This document shows positions 10,177 through 20,098 of a stretch of DNA of 61,922 nt, in pieces. Position 1 is the stretch's first letter. Every line of letters begins with the position of its first letter. The position numbers and the translations under genes are program-made. This DNA is from Candidatus Pacearchaeota archaeon (GTDB lineage Archaea > Nanobdellota > Nanobdellia > Pacearchaeales > GW2011-AR1). The stretch covers positions 1-61,922 of the forward strand of contig NZCX01000010.1 in NCBI GenBank assembly GCA_002688415.1. Direction: 5' to 3'. The notes under the pieces were generated by a model. That model made no database searches. It saw nothing but the letters and a program-made list of their open reading frames with translations, and was not told where the DNA came from.

Positions 10177-11175
10177 ATGAAAGACTATTTAATAATAGGA
10201 TTCTTAACTATAAGTTTACTTTTATGTGGTGGTTTTATTGTAAAAATGAAACTTAATGAAATGCAAACTCAAGAAGTAACTTCTGAATTAAATAAAAAAC
10301 TAATGGAAGCAAACCTAGAGATAGGAAGAGCTGAAACTAAATTTGGAGATGCTTCAAAACATATCAAATACTTAGAAAAAGATCTCAAAAAAGAAATTAA
10401 GAAAAGGAATTCCCTTTTAACTAGATATGGAGAACTTAAAGCAAGATATGAGGTTGAAATTTCACGCAGTACAGAGACAAGTATAGAGATTAGTAATTCA
10501 ATCAATATAAATGACTGCAAAGAATTAGATTTGCTAGAAGGACAATTATATGTTGCAACAAATAAAGAACTGGGCGTACTCAATCCTTTTACAGCTGGAT
10601 ATAAAGACCATCGTCTTCTTATTGGTTGTTCAATTGGCTCAAGACTTACTTCTTCCGGGACTCTCCCCGTGGATATCTCTTATAATTTAACATTAAAGTT
10701 AAGAGCTGAGATAGTGGAAGCAATTACTCCAAGTGGAGCAGTCAATAACTACATTAGATTGTATGAGCTGGATGATAAAGGAATAACTGTAGGAAAATTT
10801 GAGGTTGAGAGCTTTGCAATGGTCATTGATGATCAACGAACCCCAAAGTTTCTTTGGTGGGATCCACATATGGACATGGGTGTAGGTCTAGGTCTTAGAG
10901 GAGATAGTTCTATTGATTCTTTAAACTGGGAAGGCTTGGCATCTGTAGGGTTTAGTCCAATAAGCTATGGACTATCAAGTAAAGACCTTGCTTGGAGATT
11001 TGCAAGAATATCTCTTGATGTAGGTCAAGAAATATCAGTAGGATTAACCCCTGTATTGTATAATCTAGGGAACAACCTGCCAATATTTACAAATTTATGG
11101 CTTGGTCCTTTTGGTCACTATGGCTTAGCTGATAAACAATGGGGGGTTGGTATGTTACTTGGAGCAACACTATGA
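10177..11175 (+). CDS. Hypothetical membrane-anchored protein (N-terminal TM, coiled coil, Gly/aromatic beta-rich C-terminus)
   Basis: Hydropathy pattern of the translation; SD AGGAG. Confidence 0.55.
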   Translation: MKDYLIIGFLTISLLLCGGFIVKMKLNEMQTQEVTSELNKKLMEANLEIGRAETKFGDASKHIKYLEKDLKKEIKKRNSLLTRYGELKARYEVEISRSTETSIEISNSININDCKELDLLEGQLYVATNKELGVLNPFTAGYKDHRLLIGCSIGSRLTSSGTLPVDISYNLTLKLRAEIVEAITPSGAVNNYIRLYELDDKGITVGKFEVESFAMVIDDQRTPKFLWWDPHMDMGVGLGLRGDSSIDSLNWEGLASVGFSPISYGLSSKDLAWRFARISLDVGQEISVGLTPVLYNLGNNLPIFTNLWLGPFGHYGLADKQWGVGMLLGATL

Positions 11176-11660
11176 CAATATTAGAATGGGTTTTGTTGTC
11201 TAGTTTATTTTCGTGTACTTTGGTATTTATAATGAACAAATACAAACAAAGAATAGAAGATTCTTTAAAGGAAAAATTTAAGGATGAAGTTAATACACAA
11301 GCCAATAGCGTTATTAATTATAACATGCGTGAGCTTGAAAAGATTGTATCTCAAGTTCCGGAAAAAGTTTTAAAAAGTATAACCTCCTCTTCCAACGTTA
11401 AAAAGGGAGCACTTGGTGAGCTTATAGGGTATGTAGAAATAAAAGCAACATATGACAGAATCATTCCACTAGGAAATATTGTAGACTTTATTGGAATCAA
11501 GTTTGATAAAGAAAACGAGCAAGGCTATATAGATTTTATTGATGTTAAGACAGGAAAGTCTGCTAGGTTATCTAAAGATCAGAAAGCACTACAGCAGTTA
11601 GTCACAGAAAAGAGAATCAATTTCATTAAGGTAAAAGTTGAAAGTGAAAATCAACCTTAA
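11172..11660 (+). CDS. Membrane-anchored endonuclease related to Holliday junction resolvases (Endonuc_Holl-like)
   Basis: N-terminal TM; KGALGE, LGNIVDFIG, FIDVKTG.SARLS..Q motifs; start set at ATG 11172. Confidence 0.65.
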   Translation: MTILEWVLLSSLFSCTLVFIMNKYKQRIEDSLKEKFKDEVNTQANSVINYNMRELEKIVSQVPEKVLKSITSSSNVKKGALGELIGYVEIKATYDRIIPLGNIVDFIGIKFDKENEQGYIDFIDVKTGKSARLSKDQKALQQLVTEKRINFIKVKVESENQP

Positions 11661-12360
11661 ACAATTAAAAACTTTCTCAAAATGTCCGATGGCATTCTGT
11701 TTGAGTCTTAAGGGAAACAAAGAGCCTGAGATAACAGAACAAGAAAGAATAATTGGGTCTGTAATATCAAAAGGGATTCTTCAAATCATGGAGACCTCCT
11801 ATCGTGCAGACTGGAGAAAAATTGTTAGCTGGGTAGACAAGGAAGTCTTTAAGAATTGTAATATTTATTGTTCTGAACAGTATAGTATAGCAAAGAAAAG
11901 CTCAGAATATATCTTACTAGCAATGGGAGCTTGGTATGATCAAATTTATTTACAATGGTCTACAGAGGCTTTTACAAATGTTCCATTAGGGGTAGAAACT
12001 GCAGGGATATTTGTGGAAGGAAGGGCCCTAGTCATTAACTTAAGAAATCCAATTGTCTGTACACAAATAAATACGAATGCATATGGTACAAAGAAAGAAC
12101 ATTTCAATGATATTGAGACGAGGGCATTGGCTTGGTTGGTTAGTGAGCATCTAAATTGCACAGAGGTAACCATGCAATGCTTATCAATAGGAAAAAGAGG
12201 AAAATTAGATATTAATATAATTAAATATGATAAAAATTCTTTAATTAAAACAGGTAGGTATATAAATAACATATGTAGAATTATAAAAAGAAAATTATAC
12301 TATCCTTCAATAACAAATGAATGTATTGAATGTAAATTCTATGAAAAGTGTAACCCTTAA
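11638..12360 (+). CDS. Degenerate Cas4/AddB-like PD-(D/E)XK-fold protein
   Basis: FSKCP N-terminal and CIECKFYEKC C-terminal Cys pattern; catalytic D and E-x-K not recognisable. Confidence 0.5.
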   Translation: MKVKINLKQLKTFSKCPMAFCLSLKGNKEPEITEQERIIGSVISKGILQIMETSYRADWRKIVSWVDKEVFKNCNIYCSEQYSIAKKSSEYILLAMGAWYDQIYLQWSTEAFTNVPLGVETAGIFVEGRALVINLRNPIVCTQINTNAYGTKKEHFNDIETRALAWLVSEHLNCTEVTMQCLSIGKRGKLDINIIKYDKNSLIKTGRYINNICRIIKRKLYYPSITNECIECKFYEKCNP

Positions 12361-12369
12361 GGAGATCTC

Positions 12370-12552
12370 ATGTTGAAAATCAAAGACAAGAATGGGAAAT
12401 TAATCGGAACCTTGGAAGACTCAGGCACAGAGCCTGAGATGAAATGCAAGGTTTGCGAAGGAACTGGATGGGATTTTAAAGATACCAAGCCCCCGTTTAA
12501 AAAATGTAACAATTGCAATTGCAAATGCGATAAGAAAGAAGAGGAAGTTTAA
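12370..12552 (+). CDS. Small Zn-finger protein
   Basis: CKVCEGTG and further Cys pairs; SD AAGGAG. Confidence 0.5.
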   Translation: MLKIKDKNGKLIGTLEDSGTEPEMKCKVCEGTGWDFKDTKPPFKKCNNCNCKCDKKEEEV

Positions 12553-12890
12553 TGCAAACTTATAGTGATTTTGAAAGAGTGAATAGTGCTGCTTTAAAGG
12601 CAGAAGAAAAAAAGAGAACTGATTGTGTAGCTTGTCCAAAGTGTAACTCACAATGGTTTGACCAATTTAAGGTGGGACGTTATGTGTCAGATCATAACGT
12701 AATTTTAGGACAAGAAGTGCCTGCAGTAGCTGGCGAGATGACCTATGTGATGTTAAAATGTATACGTTGTGAAGAATTATTAGAACCACGGATTTTACAT
12801 TCAACAAGGGATATAGGAGGAGATGCTTATGACCAATTGCTGGATACTTTGGATGGAGAAGGAGACATGAGATCGAAAACTGAAGAATAA
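12552..12890 (+). CDS. Zn-ribbon hypothetical protein
   Basis: CPKC...CIRC. Confidence 0.55.
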   Translation: MQTYSDFERVNSAALKAEEKKRTDCVACPKCNSQWFDQFKVGRYVSDHNVILGQEVPAVAGEMTYVMLKCIRCEELLEPRILHSTRDIGGDAYDQLLDTLDGEGDMRSKTEE

Positions 12891-12893
12891 AAT

Positions 12894-13211
12894 ATGCGCT
12901 TCAACATTAAAAATAAAAATATCTTTCCTATGCCTGGAAACAAGCACTTAATGCATCTGGCAACCATTGAATACGGATTAAGAGAATTCGTAGTAATGCT
13001 TGGAACAATAGGAGATACTAAAGGAAAGGCATACATTGAAGAGGTCGTGTTAAATACAGTTGATTTCAAAAATGATGTCTTTGCAAATTTAAAATTTATT
13101 GAAGACGATAACCTTGCAAACGATCTCGCTCAATGGGCAATGGAAAAAGGCTTATTAGATATGAGAGAAAGGGGACATGAAGCGTTCGAACAAGGAATAA
13201 AGCTATGGTAG
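12894..13211 (+). CDS. Hypothetical protein
   Basis: ORF in a tightly packed operon. Confidence 0.55.
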   Translation: MRFNIKNKNIFPMPGNKHLMHLATIEYGLREFVVMLGTIGDTKGKAYIEEVVLNTVDFKNDVFANLKFIEDDNLANDLAQWAMEKGLLDMRERGHEAFEQGIKLW

Positions 13212-13435
13212 ATAACCAATGGAAAAATCGTTTTGAAGAAGTTGTTCATGAGACAAATGATTTAGAATCTCCAGATTTATTAAGAAAAAGAGAGCTAACA
13301 TTAATTGTTTTAAAGCATCTAGAAGAAGGAATAGAAGAACATCAGCAGTCAGATTGGGATTCTATTGATTTCAAATTAGATAAAGATGTTTTCAAAGCAA
13401 TATTTGAAGACCCCGAATATTATAAATTTTACTGA
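13205..13435 (+). CDS. Hypothetical protein
   Basis: Overlapping start/stop with neighbours. Confidence 0.5.
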   Translation: MVDNQWKNRFEEVVHETNDLESPDLLRKRELTLIVLKHLEEGIEEHQQSDWDSIDFKLDKDVFKAIFEDPEYYKFY

Positions 13436-13442
13436 GGATTAA

Positions 13443-14129
13443 ATGGCAAAGAGATGGACAGAAAAAGAAAAAAAGATACTAATAAAATTATTAGAAAGAC
13501 AAAACACCTACACTTATTTACAACTGTCGGAGGTTTTGTCCCGACCAGTTAGTAGTGTACGCAATATTTGTTGTCAATTGAACCTGCAAGGCAGCGTAAA
13601 GAAGATCAAATCCGAAGGAGAAGAGAGACTCTTTGCGCTGTTGCGGGAAGCATACCCCACCTTACACATACAAAAACAGCATCCCGTTGGAGATAAACTA
13701 CATCTCGATCTCTATATTCCAAATCTAAATTTAGGTTTTGAATACGACGGAGTCCAACACTCAGAAGAAAATTCATTTTTTCATAAAAATAAAGATGCAT
13801 TTTTGCGTGGTAAAATCCTCGATGACAAGAAGGATGATTTATGCGCTTCTCAAGGAATCCACCTGATTAGAATAAGTTACAAAGATAAACTTTGTATGGA
13901 ATTAATTAAAGCCAAGATTAAATGTATTGGTCCTGGTCCAGGAGCGGAAGAAGGAGCCCAGGAATTAAGTATCAAAGAGAAGATAAGAGTGTATAATAAA
14001 AGTCGATATGAGGTGGCAAAAACTAATAGAAATAATTCAGAGCATTATAAAAAGCTTAAAGAGAGAGAGAAAAAATACAGGAGAGAAAGATACCTTTACC
14101 TCAAAAGTATCAAAGAACAAAATGAATAA
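13443..14129 (+). CDS. HTH plus DUF559/Vsr-like endonuclease (homing-endonuclease-like)
   Basis: RWTEKE N-terminal HTH; LDLYIP...EYDGVQH; LIRISY. Confidence 0.7.
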   Translation: MAKRWTEKEKKILIKLLERQNTYTYLQLSEVLSRPVSSVRNICCQLNLQGSVKKIKSEGEERLFALLREAYPTLHIQKQHPVGDKLHLDLYIPNLNLGFEYDGVQHSEENSFFHKNKDAFLRGKILDDKKDDLCASQGIHLIRISYKDKLCMELIKAKIKCIGPGPGAEEGAQELSIKEKIRVYNKSRYEVAKTNRNNSEHYKKLKEREKKYRRERYLYLKSIKEQNE

Positions 14130-14805
14130 ATATCAAGAAGCTTTAGGACTAATTAAGATAAAAGCACCAATTAATTTGATAGAAGAGTTACCAAGACATC
14201 CAGATAAAAAATATAAAAATAGAAAAATTTCTAAAATTAAAAGAATTGTTGTTCACACAACTGATTGGAAGACTACGCCGCTTCGTATAGCCGAATACGA
14301 TATCAAACCAAACCACATTTCCGATAGTGGTTGTCCTGCTATTACCTACCACGAGATGATTGGTGTAGAAGGGGATATCTTTCAGACTTTAGATTATACA
14401 GAAGTATCCTGGCATGTTGGGATGTGGAATCCCAGCTCTCTAGGAATTGCGTTGTGCTATCGTTGTAGCAACAAGAAGGGTGAGGATGTCTATGCTCCCA
14501 AACGAGCCCTCCTACATACATTAGAGGTCCGTTGTGGACAAATTTGTTTGAACTTAGGGTTAACACCTGATAAGGTCGTGGGGCATAGAGAGTTAAAAGG
14601 TACTGGTTGGACCATGTTTAAAGGGAGTAAACGCCTTAGAAAAACATGCCCAGGAAAAAAGGTGGACCTAGATAAGGTTAGGAGAAACGTTGCTAGATTT
14701 ATGCAAATTGTACTCGGAGCTAATGGTCTTTATACTGGTAAAGTCGATGGACTGTTTGGTCCAAAGTCTAACAAAGCCTTTCAGCTTTATCTCTCACAGG
14801 AGTAG
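14122..14805 (+). CDS. N-acetylmuramoyl-L-alanine amidase (amidase_2) with C-terminal peptidoglycan-binding motif
   Basis: IVVHTT, YH, SWHVG.WN..SLGI, VVGHRE, KTCPG; LYTGKVDGLFGPKS; start set at ATG 14122. Confidence 0.85.
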   Translation: MNKYQEALGLIKIKAPINLIEELPRHPDKKYKNRKISKIKRIVVHTTDWKTTPLRIAEYDIKPNHISDSGCPAITYHEMIGVEGDIFQTLDYTEVSWHVGMWNPSSLGIALCYRCSNKKGEDVYAPKRALLHTLEVRCGQICLNLGLTPDKVVGHRELKGTGWTMFKGSKRLRKTCPGKKVDLDKVRRNVARFMQIVLGANGLYTGKVDGLFGPKSNKAFQLYLSQE

Positions 14806-14807
14806 TA

Positions 14808-15380
14808 ATGTTTAGAGGTAAAGTAAAGTGGAGTCCAGTTGAAACAGACTATCTAAAGAAGCACAGAGATGATATGTCTATCAATCAATTGACAATAGCA
14901 CTGGCTAAGTCCAGAAATGCTATCACTAGAAAGTTAAATGAGATAGATGGTAAAATTACTACGGTTAAAAGAAATAAAAAATCTTACATTGGTAAGAGAA
15001 AAGACTTAGATGGGCAGTTTATGCGCTCCAGATGGGAAGCAAACGTTGCTCGTTGGTTAAATTACAAAGATAGGAGATGGGAATATGAACCCGAGGTTTT
15101 CTTTTTTGATGGCATTAAGCACGGAACTGTTTCTTACTTACCTGACTTCAAGGTTGGAACCTTATGGCTTGAAGTTAAAGGACAACTTGATCCAAAAGGT
15201 AAGACTGCTGTACGCAGATTTAAGAAATTTTATCCTAAGGAATTTAAGAAACTACGGGCAGTTGTTGGTCGGCGCGGAACTCAGGCGGATCAATTCTTTA
15301 TAAATATAGGTGTGCCTATCATGGCATACTACAATGAGCTTGATAAAAAATATAAAGATACTATACCCAACTGGGAGTAG
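14808..15380 (+). CDS. HTH plus PD-(D/E)XK endonuclease
   Basis: MRSRWEANVA, WEYEP, YLPDF, WLEVKG. Confidence 0.7.
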   Translation: MFRGKVKWSPVETDYLKKHRDDMSINQLTIALAKSRNAITRKLNEIDGKITTVKRNKKSYIGKRKDLDGQFMRSRWEANVARWLNYKDRRWEYEPEVFFFDGIKHGTVSYLPDFKVGTLWLEVKGQLDPKGKTAVRRFKKFYPKEFKKLRAVVGRRGTQADQFFINIGVPIMAYYNELDKKYKDTIPNWE

Positions 15381-15398
15381 TTATTCCCCATAGAGGAG

Positions 15399-15983
15399 AT
15401 GAATGTTTTAGAAAATTTTAAAGATCTATTCAATGATTTGGTAGATATGACATATGATACTTACTGGGATCAAGAATTATATCCTAAGAATAAATCTCTA
15501 TTAGCCCTCCATGGTAATCTCAAAGAATTATTTCAAAATAAAAAACGAAACTTAGACCTAACTAAAGAAGAGATAGAGCAGCAACTTGCTTTACTGTGGT
15601 TAGGTTATGATAAACAATACTATTCAAAAAAAATCAAACCAACCTCTAGTATAAAAGGCTACCTCACCTATAGATCTATCTGGGGTATTAGGGATTGGTT
15701 AAAATACGAATTAAATATTTTAAAAGAATATGCTTATAGCTTCCCAGAAGAAGATCCAATCTATGAATTTAAATTAGATTTGAATTTTTTAATTAAGGGT
15801 GTTAACTATAATTTACTAGCGAATCTCTCTCCATATGAACGGTATCTTATATTTTTAAAATTTAATGAAGATAAGAACCTGAAGGAGATAGCAAAAATTG
15901 TTCAAAAAGATTCAAGAATGATTAAGAAGCATTTGAATAGTATATTATATAAATTAAAGGAAACTCGTGCAGATGGATTATAA
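15399..15983 (+). CDS. Sigma-factor-like protein (region 4 HTH)
   Basis: LSPYERYLIFLKF..DKNLKEIAKI...IKKHLNSILYKLK. Confidence 0.65.
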   Translation: MNVLENFKDLFNDLVDMTYDTYWDQELYPKNKSLLALHGNLKELFQNKKRNLDLTKEEIEQQLALLWLGYDKQYYSKKIKPTSSIKGYLTYRSIWGIRDWLKYELNILKEYAYSFPEEDPIYEFKLDLNFLIKGVNYNLLANLSPYERYLIFLKFNEDKNLKEIAKIVQKDSRMIKKHLNSILYKLKETRADGL

Positions 15984-16200
15984 ATTAAATAAAACTCAAC
16001 AAGATCTAGTTAAGGATGACACCTCTTATCCACCGGAACAAACTACTATCAAAGTAGCTGTTCCAGGGATAAAAAATTTACACCTGAAATCATCTGAAGA
16101 AATAGCATTAACATTATCAAATATAATGCGTTCTCAAAGTAATGTTACTGAGATCAGGTATGTATTAGGTCAGTATATTGAATTGGTTGTTCAAGATTGA
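15967..16200 (+). CDS. Hypothetical protein (last + strand gene)
   Basis: ORF; converges with and overlaps the 16191 ORF. Confidence 0.5.
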   Translation: MQMDYKLNKTQQDLVKDDTSYPPEQTTIKVAVPGIKNLHLKSSEEIALTLSNIMRSQSNVTEIRYVLGQYIELVVQD

Positions 16201-16667
16201 GATTGCATATCTTTCATTAAAGAAGGAATTAATTTATTCCAGGTATGCTCAAGCTCTTCATCTGTAACTACGGCATTTGATTTCAATGTTTCAATTAAAG
16301 TTTGAAGATGTGCCTGCGTGGTCCATTGACCTGCAATGGATGATTCCATGCTTTTGATGACACCAACAGTGTCATGCTGAATCATTTCCATGAATTTATC
16401 CATGTTCTCTAAGACTTTTTGAACTGAATTCATCATTTCAGTAATCTCTGAGTTCCCATCGGCCTGCCAGTTCTTATCTCTCTCTCCCCAACCTTCCATG
16501 GCTTTCTCTAGCATGCCAAGTCCGCCTTTGATTCCTCTCCTGATCATCTCTACAGAGAGTTCATCTGTTAGTTCTTCTGGAGACTGGGCATCCTCATTAT
16601 CAAATGAATCTACGATAGCATCCATGGATTCTTTTTCTTTATTGATTTCAATTACATTATTAGACAT
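16191..16667 (-). CDS. Hypothetical helical protein
   Basis: ORF; SD AAAGG. Confidence 0.55.
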   Translation of the reverse strand: MSNNVIEINKEKESMDAIVDSFDNEDAQSPEELTDELSVEMIRRGIKGGLGMLEKAMEGWGERDKNWQADGNSEITEMMNSVQKVLENMDKFMEMIQHDTVGVIKSMESSIAGQWTTQAHLQTLIETLKSNAVVTDEELEHTWNKLIPSLMKDMQSQS

Positions 16668-16930
16668 TAGTTAACCTTTCTAGGTGTGTTTTGTTCTTCA
16701 AGGAGAGCAAGGTACTCATCCCATGTTTCTACAGCTTCTTTGATTAGTTGAGTATCTTCCATATGAGAATTCAACTTTAAATCAATATGCATACTCTCTG
16801 TGTCTTCTGGGCAGTGTCCTGAGAACCCACACTTCCAACACTCTGGCCATGCTATTTGAGCAACCTCATTTACCATAAGAACAATAAATTTGCCATTACA
16901 AATGGGACATTTTTGAGTTACCTTGCTCAC
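16667..16930 (-). CDS. Zn-ribbon hypothetical protein
   Basis: CPIC...CWKC. Confidence 0.55.
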   Translation of the reverse strand: MSKVTQKCPICNGKFIVLMVNEVAQIAWPECWKCGFSGHCPEDTESMHIDLKLNSHMEDTQLIKEAVETWDEYLALLEEQNTPRKVN

Positions 16931-16950
16931 TTTACACCTTGAGTCTTAAT

Positions 16951-17454
16951 TTATTTTTTTGTTAAATTGGAAATATGTTTTCCAATTAAACTCCATAAGC
17001 CCCCTGCGGAGGTTGATATTGTTAATGCATCTGTAAGTATTTTTTCCCAGGGCCAACCTGAGATCATCCCTACAGCAGCAGATCCAATGATTGCAATTCC
17101 TGCTGTTAGCCAAGGAACTGTATCTGGAGGAAACGAAGACCAAAATGTCCTCATTGTCCAGATCAAAATCATTAGCAATAAGCCTAGGACTAATTGCATC
17201 TTCCCTGCCTGAACTGCTTCTAGCATTTGCATGCCTAGATTTATAGCTTCTTGCATGTCATTGCCTTCTGGAAGTTCCATCCCTAGTGGTTCATTTACCA
17301 CCGGTAATGGCTGAGTTCCTTCAGCAACAACTTTGGATACCTCAGGAATATCATTCTGTGATAACCAGTTTGTACTACTCTGTACTTCTTCTCCTGCAAA
17401 TGCAGTCGTAGAAATGCAAAATGATAACAAACAAGCTGTTAATAGTTTATTCAT
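16951..17454 (-). CDS. Signal-peptide membrane protein (holin-like, tentative)
   Basis: N-terminal signal peptide plus two or three C-terminal TM helices. Confidence 0.45.
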   Translation of the reverse strand: MNKLLTACLLSFCISTTAFAGEEVQSSTNWLSQNDIPEVSKVVAEGTQPLPVVNEPLGMELPEGNDMQEAINLGMQMLEAVQAGKMQLVLGLLLMILIWTMRTFWSSFPPDTVPWLTAGIAIIGSAAVGMISGWPWEKILTDALTISTSAGGLWSLIGKHISNLTKK

Positions 17455-18029
17455 TTTGACTCCTTAACCTTTGGCTTTTTAGTTTTTCCCTTGGGGATAA
17501 AGCCTGGTTTCTTATAGTTTCCTTTATGAGGAATCACAAATCTGACTCCTCCTGTAGGATCTTCTACATCTCTTTCATATCGTGGAATGATATGTATATG
17601 AAGATGGTCTATAGTCTGTCCAGCAGCCTTGCCCAAGTTCATTCCTATATTATACCCATCAGGTTCGTGAAGTTTGTCCAGTATAGTTTTTATAGAATGG
17701 AATGCAAGAAATGAGGAAATGAACGTTCTTAAAGGTAAGTCAAACAAAGAAGCCATGTGCTCTTTGGGAATAAGTAACACATGGCCTTTGCTTACAGGGT
17801 ATTTATCATAAATGGCAAAGAAATATTTGTCTTGCCAGATGATTTCTCTATCTGGAAAGCAAAATATACAGTCAGATTGTACACTGATCTGAGTCGCAGT
17901 ATTTGCCACCCGCTTCAGTGTTTGTATCGCCTTCTTGCCGTAAGAAGACTGGTTTAATTTTCTTAACAGCCTGTTCGTATTCTTTTCTAGTAATTGGTTG
18001 AATAGGGGCATGTTTATATCCATGTTCAA
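17451..18029 (-). CDS. HIT-family nucleotide hydrolase (true start uncertain; GTG 17909 possible)
   Basis: DCIFC, DKYPVSKGHVLLIPK.H, GQTIDHLHIHIIPR (HxHxH). Confidence 0.85.
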   Translation of the reverse strand: MNMDINMPLFNQLLEKNTNRLLRKLNQSSYGKKAIQTLKRVANTATQISVQSDCIFCFPDREIIWQDKYFFAIYDKYPVSKGHVLLIPKEHMASLFDLPLRTFISSFLAFHSIKTILDKLHEPDGYNIGMNLGKAAGQTIDHLHIHIIPRYERDVEDPTGGVRFVIPHKGNYKKPGFIPKGKTKKPKVKESK

Positions 18030-19860
18030 TAAACGGAAGAAAACTAATTGACTTTAACTTGTGATCATAAAGCTCTAATACCTTTTTAATGTCTTTAGCT
18101 TCTTCAGGCTTAAAATTAATAGTAACAGATACCTGGTTGTCTGCCCAGTAGTGTTGCATTTGTGCAGCGATTTCTACTTGTTCCCAAATAGTTAAGTTCT
18201 GTACAGATCTAGAAAAGTTCTCTTCTTTCACAGGGAAGTACACAATTGCTGTAGTCTCTGTTTCTCCCTGTTCTATTCTATATCCAGCATCTCGAAGCGC
18301 CTGAGTGATAGGAGACCCCTTGTCAAAGCGGATTGTTCTCCAGTAATATTCTGAATATGGGAAATGAATTCCGTGAGTAGACCCGGGGAGAAGTGATACA
18401 GTTCCAGAGGGCTTGACTGAGGTGACTTTAATCGACTCAGGAACACACAACCATCGACTATAAATCCTATCCAGATTTCGGATATATTTGTATCCTTCAT
18501 CACACCATCTAAAATGCTCTCGTATACCGTGTCTAGTAAATGATTGGGCAACTCCAGACTGGCTAGTGCCGATTCTTCTATTCCGTAACATAACAGCATT
18601 TGTACGTTCATTGTGCGTTTTAACGAGTGTAACAGTTTTCGCGTACAAGTAGGCAAACTTAAGAGTTCTTTGATATTCGTCAAATGATCCATGTCTTGCA
18701 GGAAAAGTTTCTACTAAACAGCATAACTCATAGGACTCCAAAGATTGTTCGGAACAAGGGTTAGCTCCTTCAACAAGCATGTCTTTATAGTCTGGAGGAT
18801 CACACATCCTGCCATACTCTCGTGCTGTCTTTAGCCAGAAGTACCCAGGCTCTCCATTCTTTGCTGTAATCTCAGATAAATGTGAATAATCTGAACCAAC
18901 ATCAACGAATACACTATTGTTACTTGTCCAACGCCATTTATCAAGCATATCTTGATTGATTTCTGGGTCTTTTAGTTCAAGAAATTCTTGATCGGTTGCC
19001 TCTCCAAACATAATCTCTGCTGAACGCCTTACATTCCCACTAACAACACATCTACCGATGGCATTAAAAATATCTACAATAGCAGTGCTATTGACTTGTT
19101 CGCCTATCATTGGATTTAAAATATCCTGGAGATCTTGAACCAGTCTTTCTAATGGAGCAGGGCCAGAGGATGTTCCTCCGAATCCTTTGATGGGTTCTCC
19201 ATAGGGCCTGATGTTCTTGTAGCTGATATTTGAGGGTAACATACCCTTACCTACGTAGCTATTGAGAACGTCTCTTACAAGCTCAACCCAGCCCTCTCTG
19301 GTGTCTGATACAGTATAGAGTTCTTTTCCTGGCTTGGGCTTACGAATCTTAACCTTCCCAGCTCCTTTGGTATCACCACCCACACCTACTCCAAGCATGG
19401 ACATATCCATTAGGAAGCAGAAGGGGTCAGCAAAGTCAGTAGATAGAGCTTTTGTGCTTACAAATGAACAGTTATTTAAGCAAGCCCCTCCTTTTTTCCA
19501 TAAGAAATCTGTTCCCATCATCCATAGACCCCTGCCTGGGGGTAGGAATTTAAAATCCCAGATCAGCTTAAACATTTCTTGAGCAGATTTTTGTGCTTTA
19601 TTAGCGTTCCAAGGAAGACCTAGTTTCTTACAATGATAACGTTGGATAGTGTAAGTTCCCTGTACTACTCGCTTTACTGTTTCCCACCACTCTTCTGATC
19701 TATTTTCTTCTAGGACTGGCCTAGCGTATGTTCTTTTATATGTAACATAACCAATAGGACCCCAATTTGGTTGTTGTCCTATGTATTGTTTCATAAAGTT
19801 TTCGTTTAAATTAAACTGATAACTTTTGAGTTGTTTTAATTCGAATGCTTGATCTGACAT
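17872..19860 (-). CDS. nrdJ: Class II (B12-dependent) ribonucleotide reductase, monomeric RTPR type
   Basis: YKRTYAR, PPGRGLW, LNNC, GNVRRSA, ANPCSEQ, VKPSGTVS and C-terminal CxxxxC. Confidence 0.92.
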   Translation of the reverse strand: MSDQAFELKQLKSYQFNLNENFMKQYIGQQPNWGPIGYVTYKRTYARPVLEENRSEEWWETVKRVVQGTYTIQRYHCKKLGLPWNANKAQKSAQEMFKLIWDFKFLPPGRGLWMMGTDFLWKKGGACLNNCSFVSTKALSTDFADPFCFLMDMSMLGVGVGGDTKGAGKVKIRKPKPGKELYTVSDTREGWVELVRDVLNSYVGKGMLPSNISYKNIRPYGEPIKGFGGTSSGPAPLERLVQDLQDILNPMIGEQVNSTAIVDIFNAIGRCVVSGNVRRSAEIMFGEATDQEFLELKDPEINQDMLDKWRWTSNNSVFVDVGSDYSHLSEITAKNGEPGYFWLKTAREYGRMCDPPDYKDMLVEGANPCSEQSLESYELCCLVETFPARHGSFDEYQRTLKFAYLYAKTVTLVKTHNERTNAVMLRNRRIGTSQSGVAQSFTRHGIREHFRWCDEGYKYIRNLDRIYSRWLCVPESIKVTSVKPSGTVSLLPGSTHGIHFPYSEYYWRTIRFDKGSPITQALRDAGYRIEQGETETTAIVYFPVKEENFSRSVQNLTIWEQVEIAAQMQHYWADNQVSVTINFKPEEAKDIKKVLELYDHKLKSISFLPFIEHGYKHAPIQPITRKEYEQAVKKIKPVFLRQEGDTNTEAGGKYCDSDQCTI

Positions 19861-19861
19861 A

Positions 19862-20098
19862 TTATTCCTCTAAATCTAAAATTATTTGCTGGAACCTATC
19901 AATTATAGCAGGGGTTTCTTCAACATACTTGCCCCCTCTTACTCTTGCTGTGGTTCCATCAGTTGTTCTATAAATATAAACAGCATCTTCATTTGGTAAT
20001 GTAGATGAAGTTACAGATAGAACTCTAGTGGACAGAGACCTAAGATCTATGTAAGAAAAATTATCATAGTCATAGTCTATGTCATAGTCTCCAGCCAT
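19862..20098 (-). CDS. Hypothetical protein
   Basis: Coupled ORF; C-terminal RFQQI motif. Confidence 0.5.
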   Translation of the reverse strand: MAGDYDIDYDYDNFSYIDLRSLSTRVLSVTSSTLPNEDAVYIYRTTDGTTARVRGGKYVEETPAIIDRFQQIILDLEE

